From: Patescibacteria group bacterium
GTDB lineage: Bacteria; Patescibacteriota; Patescibacteriia; Patescibacteriales; UBA12465
Direction of reading: 5' to 3'
Assembly: GCA_028705215.1 (NCBI GenBank)
Contig: JAQWDY010000001.1
Span: forward strand, 32,785-96,784
Length of the DNA: 64,000 nt
In this document: in pieces, positions 1-9,640 of the stretch
Position numbering within the stretch: the first letter of the stretch is position 1
Layout: every line of letters begins with the position of its first letter
Made by a program: the position numbers and the translations under genes
The notes under the pieces: generated by a model
Told to the model about the DNA's origin: nothing
The model's database searches: none
Seen by the model: only the letters and a program-made list of their open reading frames with translations

Positions 1-83
1 GTGTTAAAAAATGTACTAAAAATTGCAGTAATAATTAGAAAAATGAGAAATAAAAGTAGAAAATTTTTTATTAATTTTTTCAT
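1..83 (-). CDS. Partial CDS (N-terminus, runs off the window edge), membrane-anchored protein, possibly FtsH
   Basis: ATG at 83 on the minus strand gives MKKLIKNFLLLFLIFLIITAIFSTFFN..., a basic start plus TM helix. FtsH is a guess from resemblance only. Confidence 0.45.
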   Translation of the reverse strand, partial: MKKLIKNFLLLFLIFLIITAIFSTFFN

Positions 84-199
84 GAAATAAAAATATTTAT
101 ATAATTATCTTAATTATAAAAGGAAAAAATACTTTTGGCAATTATAAGCTGCTCCCCTAAACTAGCAAAAACCCCTCGAGAAGAGGAGTTTTTGTTGTC

Positions 200-1429
200 T
201 TATTTTTCAACTTTTTCTTTATTCGTGGTTTTTTTCTTTTTTTCCTTTTCTTCCTTCTTTGGCTCATCTTCAAGCACTTCCTTTTCTTCCTTCTCCCCTT
301 TTTCTTCTTTATCTTTTTTTGCCTTACTTGTTTTTTTACCATTAGCTAACTTTAAACCCAAACGATGCTCAGAAGGAGAAATGCTTACAATCTCAAACTC
401 TTTTTCTTCGTCAGCTGTAAATAATTCACTAATTTTTTCTTTAGGACCTAAATTTAATTGACTTATATGAGCCAAGCCATGAATCTCTTCATCTAGCTTA
501 ACGAATAGGCCAAAGGGATTAACTTTTAATATAGTGCCTTTCACAACTTGACCAGATTTGTACTTCGCGCTTGCCTCTAACCACGGATCGCGCATTAATT
601 TTTTTGCACTTAAAAATACTTTAGCGCCATCAATAGAAATAATTTCTGCCTTAATATCATCTCCCACCTTATACATTTCATTGGGAGAATCGATTCTTTG
701 CCACGCAAGTTCGGAAATATGAATCAAGCCTTCAATTCCTTCACCAAATGAAACAAAAACTCCAAAATTAGTAATGGCAGTAATTTTACCATCTACTTTC
801 ATGCCCTCTTTATATTTATCAAGAGCTGGTTTTTGTTTTTTATTCCAAACATCCTTCTCGCTGAAAATAATTTTATTGTCTTCTTCGTTTAAGGTAATAA
901 CAGAAACGTCAACTTCTTGACCAACAAATGATTTTAACTTTTCTAAAATGCGGCTTTTATCACCACCAGCGATGCGTGGATAATTTTCAGGCGCTAACTG
1001 TGAAACCGGCAAGAAACCTTCGATCTGACAATAACGAGCAAGTAATCCACCCTTATTAGCGTCCGCAATCTTTACTTTAATAATTTCTTTATTTTTAAAG
1101 GCTTCTCTTAACTCCTTCCAGGCCTTTTCTTGTCCAACTAGACGAAAGGATAGCTCTAACTCACCACGCTCATTTTCTTCATCAATTACCGCTGCCTCTA
1201 TTTCATCTCCTGGCTTTAAATCAGCATAAGTGGAAACTTCGTTATAAAGTTCTGGCCCACGTACTATTCCAATTAAAACACCATTTACATCCAACTTTAC
1301 CTCAGATTTTGAAGCGGTAATTACCTTGGATTTAATAATATCGCCTACTTGAGGGATTTTAATTTCATCACGCTCAAGTAATTTACCAAAATCAATATCT
1401 TGACTTTGATCTAAATTTTTATCTTCCAT
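200..1429 (-). CDS. rpsA: 30S ribosomal protein S1 (four S1 domains, Lys/Glu-rich tail)
   Basis: Repeated S1 motifs (FGVFVSFGEGIEGLIHISELAW; FGLFVKLDEEIHGLAHISQL). Start moved to ATG 1429 (MEDKNL). Confidence 0.93.
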   Translation of the reverse strand: MEDKNLDQSQDIDFGKLLERDEIKIPQVGDIIKSKVITASKSEVKLDVNGVLIGIVRGPELYNEVSTYADLKPGDEIEAAVIDEENERGELELSFRLVGQEKAWKELREAFKNKEIIKVKIADANKGGLLARYCQIEGFLPVSQLAPENYPRIAGGDKSRILEKLKSFVGQEVDVSVITLNEEDNKIIFSEKDVWNKKQKPALDKYKEGMKVDGKITAITNFGVFVSFGEGIEGLIHISELAWQRIDSPNEMYKVGDDIKAEIISIDGAKVFLSAKKLMRDPWLEASAKYKSGQVVKGTILKVNPFGLFVKLDEEIHGLAHISQLNLGPKEKISELFTADEEKEFEIVSISPSEHRLGLKLANGKKTSKAKKDKEEKGEKEEKEVLEDEPKKEEKEKKKKTTNKEKVEK

Positions 1430-1450
1430 AAAAGCTGACTTTTTCTTAAT

Positions 1451-1520
1451 AAAAAAAGCTCGCTTAGCCCTGAATCTCTCAGAGCTCTTCGGTTGCCTCA
1501 AGATTTTAATCTTCCGAAGA
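1451..1520 (-). promoter_or_regulatory. Structured 5' leader of rpsA (candidate cis-regulatory RNA)
   Basis: UCUUCGG/CCGAAGA stem enclosing an AAGAUU/AAUCUU hairpin, then a GCUC..GAGC stem followed by U7. Lies between the promoter and the start codon. Confidence 0.55.
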
Positions 1521-1557
1521 ATTTATTAAAGGCAAATATATTTAATTTCGTATTTTC

Positions 1558-1586
1558 ATCCTAAAGTAAAAAAGCAGTTTTGTCAA
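1558..1586 (-). promoter_or_regulatory. Sigma70-type promoter of rpsA
   Basis: TTGACA-17 bp-TAGGAT on the minus strand. Confidence 0.65.
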
Positions 1587-1597
1587 GATAAGTATTT

Positions 1598-3085
1598 CTA
1601 TAGCATGTTCTTTAAAAATTGATATATTTTAACCATGGCCAAGGTGTCAAGTTTACAATACTGCAAGAGATCACGTTTTATAGCCTCCTTTTCTTCATCT
1701 GAAGTTTCAGAATAAATCATTTTTTGCCATCTTTCACTCGCTTGATCGCCCTTAGAAATATTTAAATTTTTATAAGTTAATTCTGGCACTAAAACTGGCA
1801 AAATCTTCTTAATACTACTGCTTCCTTTGAAGGCGGGATCCATATAATAACCATTTGAAAATATAGTCATTAAGTCAAACATGTTGTCATTTATCTGCTT
1901 TAAAAAATCAGCATCATTAGGATGTAGCTCAGCTAACTTTTTGTTGCGCTGACTTTCATATGTAACGTACCAAGCAATCACTGTTCCTTTAGGGTTAATA
2001 TCTTTTTTCATTCTTTCTATTAAAGGCTTGGTTAAATCTGTTTTTGGCTCGGTAATTAAAAACTCCCTATGTTCCAAACTGCCATCTTCTTGCATGATGT
2101 GAAGAGAGTATTGAAAGGGGACCTGCTCATAAGCTCCGAAGCCATCGAACATTGGAATAGCGCCAGTAAATCCTTCGTAATCAAAAAATTGCAGAGGAAA
2201 CTTTAAACTATCTAATTCTTCTTTGATTGCTGCTTTGTCAATTATTGGCTTGCCTGAAATAACAGAATCATATTGTAATTTTTTTATTCCTTTTAATTTT
2301 TCTGGATTAGGAATATCCTCTATTTTAAAAATCCTTTTATCTATCCAGTCGTAAAATAATTTTTTACTTGCCCCTATCCGGTTAATGTCATGAACAGAAT
2401 AATCAGGAACCTCGGGGTTGGAATAACTAAAGGTGGTGCAATGATTATTTCTGCCTCTATATAAACACTCGCAACCCCCTTCTTCTTCATCGGTTAAATA
2501 TTTTTTCATATCTTCCATTTGCCTTTTAACCTCATTTTGAGCTAATTCTACTTCATCGCTAATATCAGCTATTACAAACAATTTGTCATACTCTAGTTTA
2601 CCTCTTTTTTTATAATCTTTATTTAAATGTATTACTCCAGTTTTTATAATATTTAACCCACTTAGCTCAATAACACTTTTTTGAAAAGCAAGATCATTAA
2701 TGTAGTTGTGTGGCGCTATTCTTTTTATTTCATTTGAGGCTTTAACCTCATAAAGCTCAAAACCATTTCTAGTATTATCATAAACCAAAATATCAGCTCG
2801 AATAAAAAAATTATTTTGCAAAAAAGTAGCTTGAAATATAACTGGGGTTTTACAAGAAATATATTTTTTAGTATCTAAAACCGCTTCATCACCCTGACTA
2901 TCAACTAATGTTCCGCCCTTGAATAAATGTCTTGCCTCTTCGTCGGCCAAATTACCCTCTTCAATTATCTTTTTTTCAAAATCAGAAAGCTTGGCATCAT
3001 CAAATAACGCTGGTTTATGTTTTTTTAGCCAAAGATTTTTTTTACAAAATGTATATTCTAAATAATCTGTTTTTGTAATTTGCAT
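1598..3085 (-). CDS. DUF2779-family protein (N-terminal PD-(D/E)XK/Cas4-like nuclease region plus C-terminal RNase H-like region)
   Basis: Motifs CKKNLWL, RADIL...YEVKAS, FFDYE, QVPFQYSLH, SIKKILP, YCKLDTLAM. Start set at ATG 3085 because the longer ORF overlaps tRNA-Gly. Confidence 0.8.
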   Translation of the reverse strand: MQITKTDYLEYTFCKKNLWLKKHKPALFDDAKLSDFEKKIIEEGNLADEEARHLFKGGTLVDSQGDEAVLDTKKYISCKTPVIFQATFLQNNFFIRADILVYDNTRNGFELYEVKASNEIKRIAPHNYINDLAFQKSVIELSGLNIIKTGVIHLNKDYKKRGKLEYDKLFVIADISDEVELAQNEVKRQMEDMKKYLTDEEEGGCECLYRGRNNHCTTFSYSNPEVPDYSVHDINRIGASKKLFYDWIDKRIFKIEDIPNPEKLKGIKKLQYDSVISGKPIIDKAAIKEELDSLKFPLQFFDYEGFTGAIPMFDGFGAYEQVPFQYSLHIMQEDGSLEHREFLITEPKTDLTKPLIERMKKDINPKGTVIAWYVTYESQRNKKLAELHPNDADFLKQINDNMFDLMTIFSNGYYMDPAFKGSSSIKKILPVLVPELTYKNLNISKGDQASERWQKMIYSETSDEEKEAIKRDLLQYCKLDTLAMVKIYQFLKNML

Positions 3086-3142
3086 GGATAAAATATTATT
3101 TCTTATTTTTAAATCATATCTCTTATTAACCTTGCAAGTCAA

Positions 3143-3176
3143 ACAAAAAACAACCCCTAGTTGAGTTGTTTTTTGT
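3143..3176 (-). terminator. Intrinsic terminator after the tmRNA-tRNA-Leu-tRNA-Gly run
   Basis: AAAAAACAACTC-AACTA-GGGGTTGTTTTTT-type hairpin with T tract on the minus strand. Confidence 0.7.
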
Positions 3177-3185
3177 TTAGACAAT

Positions 3186-3260
3186 TGGAGCGGGTAACGG
3201 GAATTGAACCCGTCTCTCGACCTTGGCAAGGTCGCATAATAGCCACTATACGATACCCGC
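3186..3260 (-). tRNA. tRNA-Gly(GCC)
   Basis: GCGGGTA...CGACC TT GCC AA GGTCG...GGTTCAATTCC...TACCCGC TCCA cloverleaf. Confidence 0.96.
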
Positions 3261-3270
3261 AACTAATTTG

Positions 3271-3353
3271 TGGTCCAGGTGGGAATCGAACCCACATGCC
3301 GGTTAGGCACAGCATTTTAAGTGCTGCGTGTATACCAGTTCCACCACTGGACC
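3271..3353 (-). tRNA. tRNA-Leu(TAA)
   Basis: GGTCCAG/CTGGACC acceptor stem, CAGCA CT TAA AA TGCTG anticodon arm, long variable arm. Confidence 0.95.
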
Positions 3354-3363
3354 AAAAATTATG

Positions 3364-3745
3364 TGGAGATGATGGGAGTTGAACCCATGTCCAATCGGTT
3401 TTTCTAAACACATTTACAAAGATAGCCTGATTTATTGGATTTAACCTGAATCATAATAAACCTGGCAAAAAGCGATTCAAGCGATTTCTCTATTTAATTC
3501 AATTTAATTTCGAGAAAGAAAATTAAATATATCCTCATGATTATGACACCAAGAAATAGCTATGAGAAATTACTATTTTTGATGGTTTAAGCTTGTATTT
3601 AAGCTAAAACTGGTGCATAACTTGGAACATTCCAAGTAAATGCTTTTGTCTTTTTGACATTTATGTTTTTTAGCCGGTTTAACGTGACAGCTAAGCACGC
3701 TTTGAATATTTAGAAAAAATCCAACTGTCGATGCCTGGCATCCCC
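3364..3745 (-). ncRNA. ssrA: tmRNA; predicted tag (A)VKKTKAFTWNVPSYAPVLA at 3658-3599
   Basis: 5' GGGGATG...TCGAC, 3' T-arm GGTTCAACTCC and CATCTCCA giving a G3-U70 pair; directly downstream of smpB; internal tag ORF ends in ...VLA*. Confidence 0.93.
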
Positions 3746-3754
3746 TGTTAAATT

Positions 3755-4213
3755 TTATTTCCGTTTTGTTAACGACCGTAGCCTTTTGTCAATATCTCTT
3801 TTTTTGATAGTCTCTCTTTTATCATACTTTTTCTTTCCCTTAGCAATAGCAAATTCTAACTTCAAAAAACTATGATTAGTATATATTTTAAGCGGGACTA
3901 GTGTCAAGCCCTGTTCCTGTTTTTTGCCAATTAATTTAGCTAATTCCCACTTTTTCAATAAAAGCTTACGCTCTCTTTGTGGATTATAATCAGGTAATGG
4001 GCCAGCTGGCTTATAAGAAGGAACCTGGGCGCCAATTAAAAAAAGTTCTGTTTGACCATTATTTGTTCGCGGAATAATGTAACTACCCCTTAAACTAATT
4101 TGCCCGCCTTTTATCGCTTTTACTTCTTGTCCTGACAACACTAAACCAGCCTCAAACTTATCAAGGATCGCATAGTCAAATTTAGCTTTTTTGTTGATTG
4201 CCAGTATTGGCAT
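3755..4213 (-). CDS. smpB: SsrA-binding protein
   Basis: NKKAKFDY, EAGLVLSGQEVKAIK, RKLLL, GKKKYDKRETIK. Confidence 0.97.
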   Translation of the reverse strand: MPILAINKKAKFDYAILDKFEAGLVLSGQEVKAIKGGQISLRGSYIIPRTNNGQTELFLIGAQVPSYKPAGPLPDYNPQRERKLLLKKWELAKLIGKKQEQGLTLVPLKIYTNHSFLKLEFAIAKGKKKYDKRETIKKRDIDKRLRSLTKRK

Positions 4214-5492
4214 AATTCCATTCTTTTAATTTCTCTATTACTTTCTCGTTTGTTAATATATTCTTTAAGTAACTTCTATAACCCGCTTCCTCAAACATTT
4301 TAAGAATATTGTCTTGACCCTGATATTGTTCCTTTAATTGTTTAATCTTTTCTTCTATTTCTTTATCCGTAGGAGCAATCTCTTCCCTTATTGCGATCTC
4401 TCTTATAATTAAAGCTGATTTAACACGTTTTATAGCATTGGGCATCATCTCTAACATTAACTCATTTCTACTTTTATTTAGATGTTTCAAATAATCTTCA
4501 AATTTTCCTCCTTGTCTGGTTATGTTTTCTTCCAGCTCAGACATTAAATTATTAGACTCATTATCAACTAAAACATCGGGGAAATCGCCAAATTTTGTTT
4601 TAGCAACAATAGCGGCTATCATTTCTGATTCATTTTTTAAATCCATTTTTCTTTTCTTTTCATTTAAAAGATTTTCTTCTAACGCTTTATTGAGTTCTTC
4701 TATGTTTTTCAATTGAAACTGGGCGGCAAACTTATCATCAAGCTCTGGTTTTACAATTTCATAAACATCATTTATCTTAATTTTAAAATCTACTTTTTTA
4801 TCAGCTAAATTCTGTCTGTGATGTTTCTTAGGGTAGACTAAAGAGAACTCTTTAGTGTCGCCTTTTTTAAGGCCTAATAAGTTCTTATCAAAGCCAGGTA
4901 CAAAATAATCTTTCCCTACTTTAATTGGTAAGTTCTTATGGTTACCATCTTCAATTGGAACCTTGCTTAAAAACAAATCTACATCAACTAACGCCTTATC
5001 ACCGTCTTTAATCTCTCTGTCAACAAGCTTTTCCTGGGCCCTTGCCTCTCTTAAGTCTTGTAAAGCTAATTCTAAATCTTTTTTATCAATTTTAGCCTCC
5101 TGAACTTTTAACTTCAACCCTTTATATTCACCGATTTCAATCATTGGCAATAATGCTAATGTTACTTTGTACTCAAGTGGATTACCTGGTGCAAGTTTGG
5201 TAATATTGACACTAGGTTGACCTACTGGCTGACGTGGAGCAGTTTCTTTTTCAATAATATCATCAACTGTTTTCATAATCGCGATATGAGCCGCTTCTTC
5301 TAAAATAGTCATTTCCCCAATTTTTTGTTTTAGAACATCGTAGGGAACTTTACCTGGACGAAATCCCTCAATTTTTACTTTTTCTGATACCTTTAAGGCG
5401 CCTTTTTCAATGTATGGCTTAAATTCTTCAAGAGATAATTCAATTGTTACCTCAATTTGCGACTTTTCTAATTCTTTTTTTGTAACTTTCAT
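4182..5492 (-). CDS. tig: Trigger factor
   Basis: GFRPGKVP ribosome-binding motif, FKBP-like middle domain. Confidence 0.96.
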   Translation of the reverse strand: MKVTKKELEKSQIEVTIELSLEEFKPYIEKGALKVSEKVKIEGFRPGKVPYDVLKQKIGEMTILEEAAHIAIMKTVDDIIEKETAPRQPVGQPSVNITKLAPGNPLEYKVTLALLPMIEIGEYKGLKLKVQEAKIDKKDLELALQDLREARAQEKLVDREIKDGDKALVDVDLFLSKVPIEDGNHKNLPIKVGKDYFVPGFDKNLLGLKKGDTKEFSLVYPKKHHRQNLADKKVDFKIKINDVYEIVKPELDDKFAAQFQLKNIEELNKALEENLLNEKKRKMDLKNESEMIAAIVAKTKFGDFPDVLVDNESNNLMSELEENITRQGGKFEDYLKHLNKSRNELMLEMMPNAIKRVKSALIIREIAIREEIAPTDKEIEEKIKQLKEQYQGQDNILKMFEEAGYRSYLKNILTNEKVIEKLKEWNYANTGNQQKS

Positions 5493-5606
5493 AATTTATC
5501 TAATATTTAATAATCAAATCTTAAAACACCTGAAATAAATCAAGTTGACTTTAATTATTATAACAAAAATTACAGAAAAATCAACCGATTAATATAACGC
5601 GAATAC

Positions 5607-5639
5607 AAAAAAGACTTAGGGTAATCCTAAGTCTTTTTT
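5607..5639 (-). terminator. Intrinsic terminator after hppA
   Basis: AAAAAAGACTTAGG-GTAAT-CCTAAGTCTTTTTT perfect hairpin. Confidence 0.8.
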
Positions 5640-5654
5640 ATTTTTAAAAATCAA

Positions 5655-7667
5655 TTAAAGCAACAAGCCCACTATTAAAAGCGCAACGATATTTAACACT
5701 TTAATCATAGGATTAATCGCTGGACCAGCGGTATCCTTATAAGGATCGCCAACAGTGTCTCCAGTTACTGCAGCTTTATGCGCATCCGAACCCTTACCGC
5801 CAAAGAAACCTAGTTCTATATACTTTTTTGCATTATCCCAAGCGCCGCCACCAGAAGTCATTGATACTGCTACAAATATACCAGTTACAATCGAACCCAC
5901 TAATAGTCCGCCTAAAACCTCAAGCCCAGCTCCTGGTTTTATGAAGTTAAATCCAAAACCTACTATAATTGGGACAATAACCGGAATTAATGCTGGTAGT
6001 ATCATTTCACGAATTGCAGCTTTAGTAACAATATCTACTGTTCGGCCATAATCAGGTTTTTCTGTTCTGTCCATAATTCCAGTTTTTTCTTTAAACTGTG
6101 CCCTTACATCATCAACCACTGAACCAGCAGTTTTGCCAACCGCCTTCATCGCTAGGGCGGCAAAATAATAAGGTAATAGCCCGCCAATAAATAACCCGAT
6201 TAAAACATAGGGGTTGTTAATTAAAAATTCAGAATTACCACCTGATATTTTTATCTTATGGGTAAAATCAGCAAACAGAACTAAGGCCGCTAAAGCCGCT
6301 GAACCGATTGCATAACCTTTAGTTACTGCTTTAGTGGTATTACCAACTGCATCAAGTGGATCTGTAATGTCACGAACATCGTCGCCTAATTCTGCCATTT
6401 CAGCGATTCCGCCCGCATTATCAGTAATTGGTCCATAAGCGTCAATTGTAACAATAATTCCCGCCATTGAAAGCATGGCCATCGCAGCAATCGCAATACC
6501 ATATAGTCCAGCTAAAGAAAAGGCTCCAAAAATTGCCAAAGAAATTATAATAACTGGCCAAGCGGTTGATTTCATTGAAACAGCTAAGCCGGCAATTACA
6601 TTAGTGCCATGACCAGTAGTTGAAGCTTCAGCAATGCTTTTGACTGGAGAAAACTTAGTTGATGTATAATACTCTGTAACTATTACCAAAAGACCGGTAA
6701 CAGCTAAACCAATTAAGGAAGAAAAATAAATATTTAAAGCTAAAGCTTTGTCCGCAATCATATAATTAGTAATTGGGTAAAAGGCGATTGCGGCCAATAT
6801 CCCTGAAGCAAGCAATCCTTTATATAAAGCTCTCATTATATTCTTACTCTTGCCTAAACGTATAAAGAAAATACTAATAATTGAAGCAATAATAGAAACC
6901 GCCCCTAAAGCAAGCGGGTATAAAACAATATTTTCGTTATTAGAAAAAGTCAAAGAACCTAAAACCATAGCCGCAATCGAAGTAACAGCGTAAGTTTCAA
7001 ATAAATCAGCCGCCATACCAGCACAATCACCCACATTATCACCTACGTTATCAGCAATCACAGCTGGATTTCTCGGATCGTCTTCGGGAATACTAGCCTC
7101 TACTTTTCCCACTAAGTCCGCACCAACATCAGCTGCTTTAGTATAAATTCCGCCACCTAAACGCGCAAAAATAGAAATTAAAGAGCTACCAAAGGCAAAG
7201 CCAATTAAGGCATTTAAATCTTTAGTAATAAAATAAAAACCAGCGGTACCAATTAAAGCTAAGCCAACCACCAACATACCCGTGACACTACCACCACGAA
7301 CAGCCACATTTAAAGCTTTAGCTAGGCCACCACGAGCCGCCTCAGTTGTTCTTACATTAGCTCTAACGCTAACAAACATTCCAATATATCCCGTTAAAGC
7401 GGACAAAACTGCACCCACCAAAAAGGCAATAGCAGTTGGCCAACTTAAAGAAGGGATAAAGCCAATTATTAAAAATAAAACTGCAGCGACAAAGGCGACT
7501 GAACGATATTGTCTGTTTAAAAAAGCGTTTGCTCCCGCTTGGATAGCAGAAGCGATTTCCTTCATTTTTTCATTTCCGTCGGGTAAGCGCAAAATAGAGG
7601 CAATTACAATTACTCCGTAGATAATTGCCGCCAAAGCGCTGCCGAAGATTAATAAGGTTGTTAACAT
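5655..7667 (-). CDS. hppA: Membrane-bound ion-translocating pyrophosphatase, K+-independent type
   Basis: [49 protein letters not shown]. Confidence 0.96.
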   Translation of the reverse strand: MLTTLLIFGSALAAIIYGVIVIASILRLPDGNEKMKEIASAIQAGANAFLNRQYRSVAFVAAVLFLIIGFIPSLSWPTAIAFLVGAVLSALTGYIGMFVSVRANVRTTEAARGGLAKALNVAVRGGSVTGMLVVGLALIGTAGFYFITKDLNALIGFAFGSSLISIFARLGGGIYTKAADVGADLVGKVEASIPEDDPRNPAVIADNVGDNVGDCAGMAADLFETYAVTSIAAMVLGSLTFSNNENIVLYPLALGAVSIIASIISIFFIRLGKSKNIMRALYKGLLASGILAAIAFYPITNYMIADKALALNIYFSSLIGLAVTGLLVIVTEYYTSTKFSPVKSIAEASTTGHGTNVIAGLAVSMKSTAWPVIIISLAIFGAFSLAGLYGIAIAAMAMLSMAGIIVTIDAYGPITDNAGGIAEMAELGDDVRDITDPLDAVGNTTKAVTKGYAIGSAALAALVLFADFTHKIKISGGNSEFLINNPYVLIGLFIGGLLPYYFAALAMKAVGKTAGSVVDDVRAQFKEKTGIMDRTEKPDYGRTVDIVTKAAIREMILPALIPVIVPIIVGFGFNFIKPGAGLEVLGGLLVGSIVTGIFVAVSMTSGGGAWDNAKKYIELGFFGGKGSDAHKAAVTGDTVGDPYKDTAGPAINPMIKVLNIVALLIVGLLL

Positions 7668-7706
7668 AGGTTTTAAATAAGTTTTGTATATTTATTTTTT
7701 AATTTT

Positions 7707-8984
7707 TTATTCGTCTTGTGATTTACTTGCTTCAACTTCCGATTCTGTTTCTAAGCCTGTCTCTAATTTTTCTTCTGGTTGCACATCGTTCTCACTTACT
7801 ATAACTTTTTCACCGTCTTCACCAGATTCAATAATATCTATTTTCCAGCCAGTCAATCTGGCCGCCAAACGAACATTCTGCCCATTTTTCCCAATCGCTA
7901 ATGATAGTTTATCAGATGAAACCTTAACTTGCGCCTTTCTTTCTTCTTCATCAAGAGTAATGCTTATCACTTTTGCTGGCGCTAATGAATTTGCGATAAA
8001 TTTAGCAGGATCCTCATCATATTCTATAATATCAATTTTCTCACCACCCAATTCACTTATTATAGTTTGAATTCTTGAACCCCTTTGCCCCACGCAAGAA
8101 CCAACTGGGTCAACATTATCAGACTCGGTATAAATTGCTACTTTAGAACGTGAACCTGCTTCTCTGGCAATACTTTTTATTTCTACTGTACCATTGGCAA
8201 TTTCGGGAATCTCTAAATAGAAAACTTTACGTAAAATCTCCTCACTACGACGAGATAATATTATTTCAGGCCCCTTGTGTCCCTCACGCACTTCTTTTAT
8301 AAAAATTTTCAATCTATCGCCAATATTATAGCGCTCATTATAAATCTGCTCCTCTGCTGGCATTAAGCCAATCGCCTTACCTAAATCTACAAAAACAAAA
8401 CGCCCTTCTTTTCGCTGAACAATACCAGATACAACTTCTTGTTCTTTATTTTTAAATTCTCCAAAAATCATATCTCTTTCCATTTCTCTTAATTTTTGCA
8501 CTATCACCTGCTTAGCTGTTTGTGCTGCCATGCGTCCATAGCTTTCTGGAATTGGCAGATCGGTAACAATTTCATCGCCTACCTTAGCATCATGCTTTAA
8601 GATCATCGCTTCTTTTAACTGAATATCTGTTTTAGGGTTGAATCTTTTTCTCTCCTCACCAATATTTTCATCATCTTCTTTTTCCTTAATTTGGTTTTCT
8701 CTATTAAATTCTTCTTTGCGCAACTCCTTGGGGTCAGGATTATACAAATTTTTCAACATTTCTGCTTCTTCTTCAGCTGGTAAATTGTCAACAACTGTTT
8801 TAACATCAAAAATTTCTGATTTGCCCGTAGCCGGATCAAAATCAACTCTTATATTTTGATTTCTTTCTCCATAATCTTTACGATAAGCAGCTGCTAGAGC
8901 AAGCTCTATGGCCGCTAAAACAGAATCATAATCTAAACTTTTTTCTTCGCAAAGTTGTTTAATGGCGTTTTTTATATCAGACAT
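7707..8984 (-). CDS. nusA: Transcription termination/antitermination factor NusA
   Basis: YGRMAAQTAKQV, AREAGSRSKVA, DPVGSCVGQRGSRI, LAIGKNGQNVRLAARLTGWKIDI. Confidence 0.97.
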   Translation of the reverse strand: MSDIKNAIKQLCEEKSLDYDSVLAAIELALAAAYRKDYGERNQNIRVDFDPATGKSEIFDVKTVVDNLPAEEEAEMLKNLYNPDPKELRKEEFNRENQIKEKEDDENIGEERKRFNPKTDIQLKEAMILKHDAKVGDEIVTDLPIPESYGRMAAQTAKQVIVQKLREMERDMIFGEFKNKEQEVVSGIVQRKEGRFVFVDLGKAIGLMPAEEQIYNERYNIGDRLKIFIKEVREGHKGPEIILSRRSEEILRKVFYLEIPEIANGTVEIKSIAREAGSRSKVAIYTESDNVDPVGSCVGQRGSRIQTIISELGGEKIDIIEYDEDPAKFIANSLAPAKVISITLDEEERKAQVKVSSDKLSLAIGKNGQNVRLAARLTGWKIDIIESGEDGEKVIVSENDVQPEEKLETGLETESEVEASKSQDE

Positions 8985-9129
8985 AATTTTTAACGGAAAA
9001 CCGTTTTAATTATTAATTTCTCTTTTGTTTTTTAAAATCTTATATTTAAGAGAAAAGCTAATTGCGACAAACAACTAGCTTTCTTATAACATGGTATCAC
9101 ATTTTCTATTTTTGTCAAAATAAGAGGTC

Positions 9130-9576
9130 CTATAATCCAACACTGGGATAAATGCTAGTATCAGCATTTTTTGCTGCTCGATTTAACATAACAATCGTAA
9201 ATCGTGTTATCGCCCAAGCCATTAATATAATTACTAAACCAATAATTGCATTTTTTAATAAACCCAAGGCTTTACTTGTCTTTTCTGAGTTGCCCCCTGC
9301 AGTCATATACTGAAAACCCGCAAATATTGTTAATCCAAGAAATATTATACCAATAAATCCAAGAGCAATTGATATAAAATTAGCAATCATATAACGAGGA
9401 TCTTGTTCGGCCCTATTCCCACCAAAAACTGAACCAACCTCCTTTAAACCAACCTGACCATCAACAAGAGATTGATCAGCGCTAACAATGTTTACTTGAT
9501 ATGTGGTAAAAGAAACAGGGATAATAAATAGAAGCAGAAAAAAGAAAGATAATATTGATTTTTTATTAATTGTCAT
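9130..9576 (-). CDS. CPR-type pilin-like membrane protein (TrbC/VirB2-like)
   Basis: Signal peptide, then two TM helices with AGFQYMTAGGN...A...LKNAIIGLVII, typical of Patescibacteria pilin-like proteins. Confidence 0.75.
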   Translation of the reverse strand: MTINKKSILSFFFLLLFIIPVSFTTYQVNIVSADQSLVDGQVGLKEVGSVFGGNRAEQDPRYMIANFISIALGFIGIIFLGLTIFAGFQYMTAGGNSEKTSKALGLLKNAIIGLVIILMAWAITRFTIVMLNRAAKNADTSIYPSVGL

Positions 9577-9640
9577 AAATAATGCTATAATTGAATCAGA
9601 TAATTATATTATACAAAAGTTACGCATAAAAAACAAGAAA

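Noticed and set aside
3157-3411. ORFs 3157-3411 and 3161-3382, and the extended start of 1598-3262
   Set aside because: They overlap tRNA-Gly, tRNA-Leu and tmRNA.
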